Assembly: GCA_977016875.1 (NCBI GenBank) | Contig: CDRNST010000218.1 | Span: 1,674,001-1,738,000, forward strand | Length of the DNA stretch: 64,000 nt | Source of the DNA: Pavona decussata | Lineage: Eukaryota | Direction of reading: 5' to 3' | Shown here: positions 53,030 to 64,000 of the stretch, piece after piece | Position numbering within the stretch: the stretch's first letter is position 1 | How the letters are laid out: each line of letters begins with the position of its first letter | Program-made: the position numbers and the translations under genes | The notes under the pieces: model-generated | What the model was told of the DNA's origin: nothing | The model's input: the letters and a program-made list of their open reading frames with translations, nothing else | The model's database searches: none

Positions 53030-53401
53030 TTTAAGTTTCAAACAGCACTAATTAGGGGCACTCTCCAGATCGAATTGAATTGTGGAAATGTTATTGTTTT
53101 CCTTTTTTTTAAGAGAGGGGAATAACCGGAGTACAGTGAACTCTGGCCTTGCGGACACCTCACTATTACGGACACCCCGATAACACGGACAGCAGCTAAA
53201 TCCCCGGCAAAAACAAATTACAGATGTTTGACTGAAATAAATTCCCGCTATTACGGACTCTCGCTATTAAGGACACTAATTCGCGGTCCCGAGGGTGTCC
53301 ACAATAAAGGGAGTTGACTGCACCCAGAGAAAAACCTCTCGGAGCACGGACGAGAACTAACAACAAGCCACTGCGCCATCCCTACTCCATCTCTGCTCCC
53401 C
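53030..53401 (-). mobile_element. SINE copy interrupted by a Tc1/pogo-like MITE (53132-53321)
   Basis: ccggagta|[cagtgaactc...gagttgactg]ca|cccagagaaaaacc; related MITE piece near 47166-47297. Confidence 0.75.
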
Positions 53402-55471
53402 AGTTCAAAATTTGTTCAAACCGGCTCAAACAGGCTGGCAGTACAGTGTATCAGCTGAAATTTCAGGGGGGCAGCGTTAGTGATAACTACTACTAGTTTA
53501 TGTCTGAAGTGAGTTTGATCAACAAGTTAGCTTTTTTGCTATATATAATCCAGTGGTCACCGACAACAGCGCTCATCCCTAACCTTGTACAAAGATGTAC
53601 AGTACATTGTCTTCAAACATACCACCGAACATTTACAGCAAGTGCCTTTCATTTTTTTCATTGTTTACGCAATTACCGAGTTTGTTGAGGCGTCAAATCA
53701 ACTCATGCAGCTGACACAGCGTGGAATAATCCAGTGAGACCTGAGTGTGCTGTGGCGCTTGTCATACACCGTGAAATATAACTGAACTATTTTGAATTGT
53801 AATTAAAAACGTTTGCAGTCAACCTACTGGCCATAAAAAGTCATTCACACAGTGGAATACATTCGTCCCAATCTGACTACTTCTACGTTTAGTACTTCAA
53901 GATAATGAAAAGGTTACAGTAGGTCATTGCATGGATGCTAATGGCCACAATATGGAAAGGATGATCAGTATGGCGATCATTTTTTAAAGAACGCCGAGGA
54001 ACGAGACAAGCAAGGGTGGACGTGTATTACAGCTGAGGAGAAAAGTCTCAGTACTCTAATTCAATAAATTACAAATTTAGTCCACAACTGAAATTGCGGC
54101 TTGATTAATTTTAGGACGAAAAATAAAGCAAAAAGTAACAAAAGCCTAATTACGAGTTTTAGAATCCCTGTAATGGTCTCCTAAGTGTTCTAGCAAGGAA
54201 TTTTACTTTTTCTGGCTTTTTATGGGGAGTATGTCAACATATTTTGATAATACTTTGAAAAGTCAAACGTTACAGCTTCATCAATTCAAACCTAAAACTA
54301 ATAGTCCAGTTTTGTTCAACTTTTCTATACTAGTGCGCTGCGAGCGCTGCTAAAACCATTTCTAGGATGGCCAGGATGAAAATGGATTGCAACTTGAAAA
54401 AATATAATAGGCCAACGCTTTTACGTCCTACCGCTGCGTCAGGCAAAAATGGCTGAAAAAAAAGGCTTGTTCTTCTTTCATGAATTCACAAGAAATCTTT
54501 TTCTTAGTGCTATAGGACCGTTTTTTTTTCGTCGCGAGGGTGAAGGTACGTGTACACAATTTTTGAATAATTTTGAAAAATTTCCCATCACTGTTATACG
54601 TATACGGTCTTGCCCTCGGAAAATTTTTCATCCGTAGTGTTCAATGCATATGATTACTACTAAAATGACATCTTATACTACTACAATAACAATACGCTAT
54701 AACAAGGGCAGTTAAGAAATTTAAAGGGTACCTGACGACAAAATTTGTACACTTTTTATCATTCCTATGATTTCTTCTCAGCAAAAGTAAATTAAACAGG
54801 AATTTTTTTCCGCGCTCATTTGCGTCCGTCATCTAAAAGGATCTCCTCAGATCGACCTGTGGAAGTCAGGCTCTTTTGTTGTGTTTGTACTGAGGCACAT
54901 GATGTGATGTTAACGACAAGAGAACCTTCTTTATTTACAGTGGCAATAAACACAGATTAAAAGTGACAAACTGGTTAATCAACGTTTCGGTTCTTCACAG
55001 CCATTGTTGGCCCACAAAGCACGAAGAGCAAAGAATGAGATCCTGCTTTGTTTTGATCGAAGTTTGCCTCCAACAGGCTGGTTCCCAGTCAATATTAATG
55101 AGTCATTATGAGTATTGGGCGCGAACGAAATCTGATGGAGTCATGAATCTTAATTACGCGCCCGTGGAAGGCGTCTCACAAACATGTTTCATGCAACATG
55201 ACTTAACATTTCTTTTGTTGTCATTGGTAGTTAAATGATGATTTCATTTGGTCTACTGGTTTAACACAAGGGAGCGTTCAAAAGTGAATGTATACGTACA
55301 ATATCATTAACAAGCAATGTACCGATACCTATTAATTAATTTTAAAGTTATGCGTTGTGAATAGGGGGACTGCCTTGTAAAAGCCCGCAAGGGTTTGTTC
55401 AGTTTCCCCACCGAATAGTTATCTTATTTTGTCACATTTCAAATTGTAAATGATTTCAAATATGGGTAAAT

Positions 55472-55561
<90 letters not shown>
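55472..55561 (+). repeat. (AATC)n microsatellite, likely a LINE 3' tail
   Basis: About 22 perfect units. Confidence 0.95.
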
Positions 55562-55628
55562 CAAAGACTGCCCATCCCAGTTCTGGATTTAAGGGATAGT
55601 AGCTTCAATTTTTTTCATTTTCCAAGTT

Positions 55629-55813
55629 TATTACAAAGTGCGACAGCTTATTTTATTACAAAGTGGGATGAACTGTTCTTATAAAGTGCGACAGTTATTA
55701 CAAAATGAGATAATTTTATTACAAAGTGCGACAAGAATTATTTCAAAGTGCGACAGTTATCACAAAGTGCAACAATTTTATTACAAAGTGCGACGATTAT
55801 TACAGAGTGTGAC
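55629..55813 (+). repeat. Minisatellite of ttattacaaagtgcgaca-like units
   Basis: About 9 degenerate 19-25 bp units. Confidence 0.85.
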
Positions 55814-58800
55814 ACTGCCACTGCCATTGTCTGTAATACCCGTCCCCCTTCTTGCTTTGGAGGGCCGTTTTTTTTTTTGTTAAAAAATTAAAATGCTGAG
55901 ATGAAAAACATACTCTTATCACCCATTTGAGAGAAGGTAAGTTATATGTGAAGGGGAGGGGGGGAGGGTCATAACAGTGTAACTTTGTTTGCTGGTATCA
56001 TATGAGGGTGTCTAGAATAATTTCCCTTAGAATATCAGGGGGTGGGGAAGGGAAGGGTGCTTCTAAAACACTACGGGGAAAAACTAAAAATGGCGGTGCC
56101 CCACCCCACTACGCTAAATAAATAATGGAGGCTCCCGTAATAAGTCTAACCTGCATGGAAAGAGGAGACGTCTGTGCACAGGCTACCCAGGTCAGGAACG
56201 AGCACAGTGATCAAACATTACATGTTGAATTTGTTTGGACTGCTGGCCTTTGGGAATGCGGACTCCTGGATTTCGTTTTACAACATTTTTACTTTGACTA
56301 CTATCAATCTGGCAATAGAAAACTTATTGAATAATCGTTACAATTTGTCGGTCGATTTTTCCCCCAAGTTTTTTCCTAGTTTCTCCCACTCACTCAATTT
56401 CTTTGTCCAATTGGCCTTAATAGGTCCGATTAATCGGCACGTTAGCCTTTTTAAGAGCAACGACGACGACTACGGCAACGAGAATGCCACAAAACAATCA
56501 GCCGGTTTCACGAGCGAAAACAATTGCTCTGCACTTGCGTTATGCATTTCGGCACATTTCCCTCTTGTCCTCCACAAAACGACAACGTGAAATCACTGAA
56601 TGCAAGACTTTCTGGCGAACGTGAGCACATGATGATGAATTTTTCATTCGTTTTCTTAAACTTGAACGCTGTTCCTTCCAATTTAGTTCCTGGACAGTAA
56701 GTTGTACGAGCTCGAATAAGCGCAAAGCATTCAAACAACGAGAGTCTACATTATCAAGTGACGCTTGCGTTGGTGTTGCTGTTGCTTAAGCTTCCTAATG
56801 CGGGGCCTGTGTTTATACAATTAACTTCAATTTTTAGTGCAAATAAAACAAAAAAAGGTGTAATATTCAGCATGTGACGAGGGTAGGACAAAAGTCCCAG
56901 GCAATAATCGAATCCTGTCATAACCAATCAAAATGTCTGCACCATTACAAGCTCTCCGGTTAGTAGCCTGTAGACAAACACAATTAAAGGCCGACTGTGA
57001 AGCTTCTCCTTGTAGGCTAATGGGCTATGATATCAAAGTGAGTGGACATGGGGCGGGCTTAATCGTGGATTAATATTGACATAACTTGTGTGAACCATAC
57101 AATCTTTTCGCAGGTCTTTAAAATTCAGTGTCTTCACTGTTCTGGTTAAAATAAATTTTAACAGCCGTGGCTTTTCTTGGCAGGGTAAATGAATCCGTGA
57201 GACCTAAACTCGTACTAAGATGACTTCATTTTTTAACGACCACGCCCATATGCTAATAACGGTAACCGTGGGACGAAGCGGAAGCTGTAGAATCTTTCAA
57301 GGTATCATTGACGCTTGATCTTTTAACCCTCAGGAAATTTTGTTGGAAGTACATGTTTGGGTACTTTAAGGGATAAAAATATGTCACAAGTAAGCACAAA
57401 TCTGAAGCTAGGTTTAAATACCTAGTTTGACTCGTGTCTTCGGAATAATTCTAACAGCAAGTATAATCGTTTGTCCAAATCTCATGAAATAATCACAAGT
57501 TATAGTCTCGTTAAGATTAAACATTACAAAGCCTGATCAGGTTTTTTATGTCTATTTTTTGGAGGAATTTATAAACTTTTGATTAGTTGGGAACGCTCAG
57601 AGCTTCACATAAAACTTTCCCTGTAACGCATTCCGCTGTTCGATCATCAACAGTCGTTTTTACCGAATTCATATTTATTTTTTGTCAAAAGAATCTGCGT
57701 AATTTGATTCGATATTAGCTTTCATTACTTAAGACTGTATATCTAAAAAGTCTCTGCCACGACGCTGGGCTTGGCGTCTCTGTAGAATGATCGGCTCGGT
57801 TGCTAAGTTACCAGCTGTACTGCACCAAAACAATCTCAAAACAGCATCCACTTATATACCATACATGGGCCTATAAAGTGCGTATGTGGTTGATGTTAAT
57901 TACTGTCACTGCCACAGACTGTATTGATAGCCGCCTCCATACATTAAATATAATAAAACTGTCTTTTGGTGTCTGTTTGTGACTTTTGCAACGAAAATAT
58001 TTGAGACCATAAAATTGTTCGAGCCTAAAATAATTTTCCTCTGTCATCCCCCGAGAAGGAAATGTTGGTACGTCAACCCTGAGCACTCCACCTCTGAGCG
58101 GAAGGAAGGGCACGCGTAAAACAAGCAACTCGAAAAAGAAACTGAAAATTTTTATTTGCATGTCAAGGAATATAAACAGGCAACTTCAGACCTTCTGCTT
58201 CGGTTAATATAAGAGACACGTTTTACTGAGAAACCATGTTTTGACTTCACTATAGCAAACTGCACGTGGTAAGAAAGTTTTTAAATGTTGAAGACTGGGG
58301 CAAACTCGGATTCTGTTCATTCAAGGAATAAGAGAAGTAAACAATAAAAGCTGAACTGGCATTTCCATAGTATTGGGCACGCTCTGATAATTATTTTCAA
58401 TACTGCTTTTGTTCTTTTTTGCGTCAACAAAAGGAAAGCAAACGAGTTATTTGTCGAGGATTTTTGTTTATCTTGTTGTCTCTGGATGTAAATTCAGAAC
58501 AATCGAACTTATAGGATACTCTGAAATACAATCATGAGGACAGCTACACTGTGCACGAGCAGAAAACTTTCTGTTACACTACACTGACACTACAGGCACA
58601 CAATACCGATTCAATGTTTCGTGTTGGTTGCTGTTTTGTCTTCACATGCCATTTTGTTTATGAAGGTTCATTTGCACTTGTTCATCCCATAATCACGCCT
58701 TCTTTGTCCACAGTAACTTTCAATTCACACCTCTGGCGACAGCCAATGTATAATTTGTTTAATACTCGGGCAAAATAATGCACAGTCTGTAGATTACAAA

Positions 58801-59233
58801 ACAACATTAAGTTTTAACAAACTAATTCATTTGAGTTTACCGCTAGGTTGTGTTTAATTAAGATAACTTCTAAACGACAGTCATCTGAAGTGTGTTTGGC
58901 TATTTTAGCTCTCCATTCACCCGCAAAATGACCACTGCCCCAAAAAATCAGCATGTACAATTATTTTCTAAGTCAGCTCTCAACCGAAGTGTGACCACAA
59001 TTTTCCTCGGTTTATTGAACACAGTACTTGATAGGAATTTCAAAACCCTGTAATCAGAAAGAACGTTTCGATCTGTGGCCGTTCAGTTTGCCCGAGCTAA
59101 ACAAATATTAGCTTTATCTTGCACACTTATTGAATATTCGTAGTATGTTATTTTGGTGTGAATTGTTGGGAATAATTCCGGCGTGGCTGGCTGCACTGCT
59201 CAGCGAATGTCGGGCGTGCACATGAACAATATA

Positions 59234-59250
59234 GTGGGCGGCTATAAAAT
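59234..59250 (+). promoter_or_regulatory. Putative core promoter (GC box-like and TATA) of the TGF-beta gene
   Basis: gtgggcggctataaaat about 125 nt upstream of the ATG. Confidence 0.5.
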
Positions 59251-59368
59251 CACAAATGAACCATTCGGCTACTTCAGTAATCAGTGTAACATACGACAAG
59301 CACACCGACCGAACGATTAGCGGATGAGAACAGCCAACTGATGCCAAGGAATCCCGCACAGCTACCAA

Positions 59369-60603
59369 ATGAATTCTACTACCTTCATTTTAGTTTTAAT
59401 GTGCTTCATGACAGTATCTCTCCAAAACGGAGACGAGTTTAGCCATCTCCAAACTGATTTGCTCAACCTGCTAGAAATCAAGGAAAAGCCAAGCGTGTCA
59501 CGAAGCAGGTCTCAAGTGCCTAAATATGTTATGGACCTGTTCAAGGAGCAAGCTCACACCAGTGGCTTTACTAGGGGAGGCAAGTCAGCTCCTGGAAAGA
59601 CAATACGAACTTTCTTTCGAGGTATGTAAATCTGACATTCTTGTTACAACAACGAAGTACCTGAGTGAATTATTTCGGCACATAAATATCATCGTGATTT
59701 GCATGGTTAACATTGTCTTTTATCATTGTAGATAAACGGCTAAGCGTCGACGAGCGCCATTTCTTCTTCAATTTATCTGCCCTTCAAGGAAAAGAAAAAA
59801 TCCAAAAAGCAGAGTTAAGAATATTTAAAAGACGCTCAAAGCTTGAGACCACTAATGGCCACTTCAAGGTGACAGTCAATCGTTTGAACCGCAGAGCAGT
59901 GGACGGTAGCAGTAGCTGGAAGAGAAAGCTGACTGTAGTCGACACCAAACTCGTCAAATGTCGCCGAGTTGGCGGCTGGATCGTATTAAATGTCACCTCA
60001 GCTGTGGCGTTTTGGAGTTCTTGGCCGTCGCGTAATTTCGGCCTGTGGATCACAGTAACTGGGATAGGAGCTCCACAGTCGGATTTCTACATTGCATCGG
60101 GTGGACGAAAAGAACCTATCTTGATTATTTATGGGGATAATAGCGCGAAAGGCAATCACAGAGGACTGAAAACTGTCGACGAGATTCCACAAGAAACGCG
60201 ACACACGTCCGAACAAATAAACAGATCGAAACGAAAAGACGAACATAATCCACTCACGTCTGCAAGAAGCAGAAGATCTTTACACGAGGAGAGGTGCGCA
60301 AGACGAAAACTGTTTGTGAAGTTTCGTGACTTAAAGTGGGACAAATGGATTATTGCGCCCCGTGGATTCAGCGCTTTCTACTGCATGGGTACATGTCCAG
60401 AGATCATCGACAAGTTTTTCAATCCAACAAACCATGCAATAATACAAAACCTCATTCACCACCGCTATAATAAAAAAATTCCAGCGGCTTGTTGCGTACC
60501 GACGAGTTTGCACTCGATGAGTTTGATGTACTTTGAACTAGATGGCAGCATTGTGTTGAGGGAATACTCTGGTATGGTTGCGTCAGCGTGCGGCTGTCGC
60601 TAA
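59369..60603 (+). CDS. TGF-beta superfamily ligand (BMP-like; possibly Nodal-related/ADMP/Vg1-like); exons 59369-59621 and 59732-60603, 374 aa
   Basis: Signal peptide, prodomain (VPKYVMDLF; TIRTF; FFFNLS; AELRIF; GWIVLNVT), RSKR and RSRR sites, 7-Cys knot CARRKLFVKF...WIIAPRG...C.GTC...NHAIIQ...CCVPT...CGCR; phase-1 GT-AG intron. Confidence 0.95.
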
Positions 60604-63600
60604 GACATACACAGGCCTGGAATTGGACCCATTCAGTTAAATAATTGAAAGTATAGAGAACAAATTAAGAGTCAAAGAACGTATTTATATTGATAAATGG
60701 TGTTTAGCACCCTAATACAATATTGGAAGATAGTGAACAGATTTACTAGAGACTTTAGAGACTGTTGTCTGTCTCAAGACAGATTGGCAGAGAGGCAGAA
60801 TGAAGTTAAATTTGATGCACTAAGTGCAGTCAAGAGTTAAACACAAGAATACAGGCTTCACCTACACTAGCTAATGGTGCGCTAATATTTACGTTTAAAC
60901 TAATTCTTCAATTTCGGAGAACAGTTTAATCGCTAAAGAGTTTATGGGGGTTAGAAGTTTATCAGTTCAGCTCACTGTGAGCAATAAAAGGCCTCAAGCG
61001 AGCACTGCTGTTCAAAGACAATTTTATTTATTTCCGGTCAGGTAACTAGCCGCCGTCTATTTCTTGAGAAATTTGCATGAAATTCAGACTTGTTATATCA
61101 CGCTCCTGTAAACACGAGTTCAATAAATGTAGTTGCGGGTTCCAGGTGTTCCGCAATCACGTACATTGAAGAGTCTCAATTCCTTCTCTTGTTCCTTAAT
61201 CTTCCTGTTTCAGCACGTTGTTGATGTTGGTTTTCACGAGTTTTAGCAAACCTCCCATTTTAGTAACCGACTAAATTTGACATTCTTAGAAACAGTTGCA
61301 CTTGAAAGTGAAGAGCAAAGTGTTGACTTAAGATATGGATGCTTTACACAAGTGTTGTGTTCTGTCATCTTATTGGTTACTTAAACAAATATCACGACAA
61401 GGCTCGCGCAGAGGATTCTAGAATAAAGTTTAACGACAGGCAAGGTAGAAACAACCAATACGTTTGATGTGGTGTGCAAAGAATAGCATTTATTCCATGT
61501 AGGCATCACGCCAAAGAGTGATAGTTTATCAGTATACACTAAGATTGACAAAACGGGCAAATTTTTCATGTTTGCTCCTGTGTTTACTTAATTTCAACAT
61601 CGTCTATTTGTGGAAAAGTGTGAAGAAAAAGTGTAACCTTTTCCCTCCGGGTATATAGCGAAAATGAACCTTTTTTAACCCGGGATTACATGATAAGGCT
61701 AGTAGACATGACAAAAAACGCTTTTAATAAAATATAACAATTGTTTCAGTTTACTGAACTTTAACACGGTAGTGTTCTCAAACTTTCAAGTAAGTTTTTG
61801 GCGCTGTCAAAAAATTTTTCGTTTTATCGAGAGGTTGAACGAAACGAATTAGGGAAGAAAGAGAGAACAAAAAAATTCAATTCAAAGCCTGCATGAAGAC
61901 TTTTTTCTTTTGCGCAATCACGCATAAAATTAATCAACAGTGTTCTTAACATTTAAGATGTCTGATCGCTATTCATTTGGTCTTCACAGTCGATGCGGCA
62001 CTCTAAAAAATGTTTTAAATTCCTCTGCTTTTTTCCCCTTAGTTCACCTGGAAAGGTGCGACAAGCACTTTATCGGAGAGCAAAAATAGTGCACGTTTCG
62101 CAAGCATATCAGTAAAAATTACCTTAGCAAAGTTAAGGAACATGAGCGCGAAAACTCATTTGCCTTTACTCTTGAACGAACTGACCAAATGAAATATTTG
62201 GTACGTTATAGGTAAAAAATTTATTGAAACCATACTAACAAACATCTCGAACCTTAACTTGAAGAGTTTCGGGAAAACAAACATAAAACTCGCTTAAGAT
62301 ATTCAAGTCCTTGATCACTTTACTCATGCAATGTCAAATAGGGTCAGCGCAGAGTCGACGGAGACCGTCGGCGCCTAGCATAAAATTGCACCGAAAACAT
62401 TCCTCTTTTTTCTACTAACAAGTAACTTCCTGTGGAAACAAAGCCCATTTTACGCTACACTTTAGTTCCACACACACAGGTCTTGTCGGCTGTACTGTTA
62501 GTGGATTCGATCAAGTGAACTCTTTACAAAGTCTTACTCGACCCAACGTCGCCCCCGCCTGCTTAAAACGTTTTAAAAATAACTTCAAAATTATTCAAGC
62601 AATAAATATCAAACTTTGTGCCTTTATCCGCCAAACGTAGGACTGATAATATTGCTCGCAGGACTTGATGTTTGCAACACTATTTTTAGACAGGCATCTG
62701 TATCATCAGTAACTTTCAATTTCCTGTTTAAGTTTTAACTTTGTTCCAATGACGTCCATAGTGATCACTTTAGGGGTCAATTAAGGCGGTTTTTCTTCTC
62801 AAGTAGTCTAAGATGGTTATTCAAGACGGCGACATTTTTGGTTCGGTTATGACGTCTCAAACGTCATTGTGGCCAGCTAAAAATTCCACACTATTCTCGT
62901 TTCACTTTCATGGGATCATTGACCTTCGAATGTCGGGAGGCGGTCCAATAGGAGTAGAACAAGGAAATGGCAAAAAGACCAATAGCTGGTAGTTCTTATA
63001 AATCAGCATTTTTTACATAAGTTATCCTCATAAATAACTTGTCGCCGGACAGCAACTTCTCGATTCACAGTTTGGTGTAACATAAGGTAAATCTTCACTG
63101 TTATAATATTTGTCGTCCCGACCGTATATTGAATCCACTTGGAAGTTAAGCTTGGCTCCCGCTAGCTGGCTGTTCCACGAGCCCTCGCTCTATAGTGGCC
63201 AGATCTTGCAGGTCGTCTTTGATTATTGCTATCAGATGCATCAAGCCCTCTTGTTGACGCTCAAGATGCTGCGACAAAGAACAACTGTCCATTAACAACT
63301 AACTTCGCTCAACGGGACGTCAACAGTTAATGACCAAGCTCCCAAGAAATGACATTTTTAACGCATGGACGGGAGTCTCTCGAATTATTAAATTTATCGG
63401 GGCCAACAAACTACCGGAATATTCAAACCCTTACCCTTTCACATACCAGTTTTCAAAAAAATTGTACCCCGTTCACATACAGAAAACAAAAAATATTCTA
63501 CCCTTCTTATACCTCAAAGAATTATCCTTCGGTTTTAAGTTGTTTTTGCAACCATTTGAAAAATTTCGCTACCCTTTTGCAAACTACGAGGGTAAACAGG

Positions 63601-64000
63601 CACCACTTTCGGTGCTTATGGAGTGCCCCCACCCACCCACTCACTGATGTGCTCGGGCTTTAGGGAAACGTACTACTTATGAAAGTAAACTTCACTAAAA
63701 ACTTTCCAGGCATATTGGCAGACATTGGAAGTGCATCAAGTTTCTTTGGCGATTGGTATTTTTTGCCAATACTTCAGCCACTAGTGTGAAAATTTGTTAG
63801 GCGAGACGTGTCCCAAGTTTTCATCCCCCAAAGAATACAGCATCCAGAACAAAATGATGCTGAAAGAACAAAGGCACTTTCAATGTTCTCTTGCTGTAGT
63901 TAAACACTGCTATACTGTGGGAAATTTACCGTGATATTCCGAAACCTGTGATGAAACGAGAACCCAATTGACAAAAAAAAAAAAAAAAAACAAAAAAAAA

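Noticed and set aside
55629-55813. CRISPR-like repeat array
   Set aside because: Units are nearly contiguous with no unique spacers, no cas genes, eukaryotic context
55952-56058. G-quadruplex-like G runs
   Set aside because: Lie within MITE-like repeats; no sign of function
53680-59200. GGCGTC/TGGCG Smad-like and TTCAAAG TCF-like motifs upstream of the ligand
   Set aside because: Short motifs expected by chance; no conservation data available
62700-63330. Coding-like composition on the minus strand
   Set aside because: Multiple stops and no identifiable protein motif

Overview
AT-rich eukaryotic (animal) genomic DNA. The repeat families and gene types suggest a cnidarian such as a stony coral, but that is an inference. 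Two host genes point away from each other. (1) On the minus strand, 19 coding exons (14921 down to 345, about 1128 codons) that I spliced by hand into one frame. They encode signal peptide - MAM - unassigned ~126 aa domain - C-type lectin - F-type-lectin-like - PA14 - Cys-rich unassigned domain - MAM - 3x LDLa, include one GC-AG intron, and the gene runs off the left edge. (2) On the plus strand, a two-exon TGF-beta/BMP-family ligand (59369-60603, 374 aa) that does not look like a typical Dpp/BMP2/4. The ~44 kb between them is mostly nested, decayed mobile elements: BEL/Pao LTR, a DIRS element with its terminal/ICR structure and several insertions, four Penelope-like element (PLE) pieces, a Sola3-like DNA transposon, an L1/Tx1-like LINE, tRNA-derived SINEs and many MITEs. 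A Gypsy remnant lies in an intron of gene 1. Minimal hammerhead-ribozyme motifs of three sequence types occur in the PLE-derived repeats. No prokaryotic-type system, CRISPR array, rRNA or true tRNA is visible. The best candidates for novelty are the multi-lectin mosaic protein, the divergent TGF-beta ligand and the ribozyme variants.
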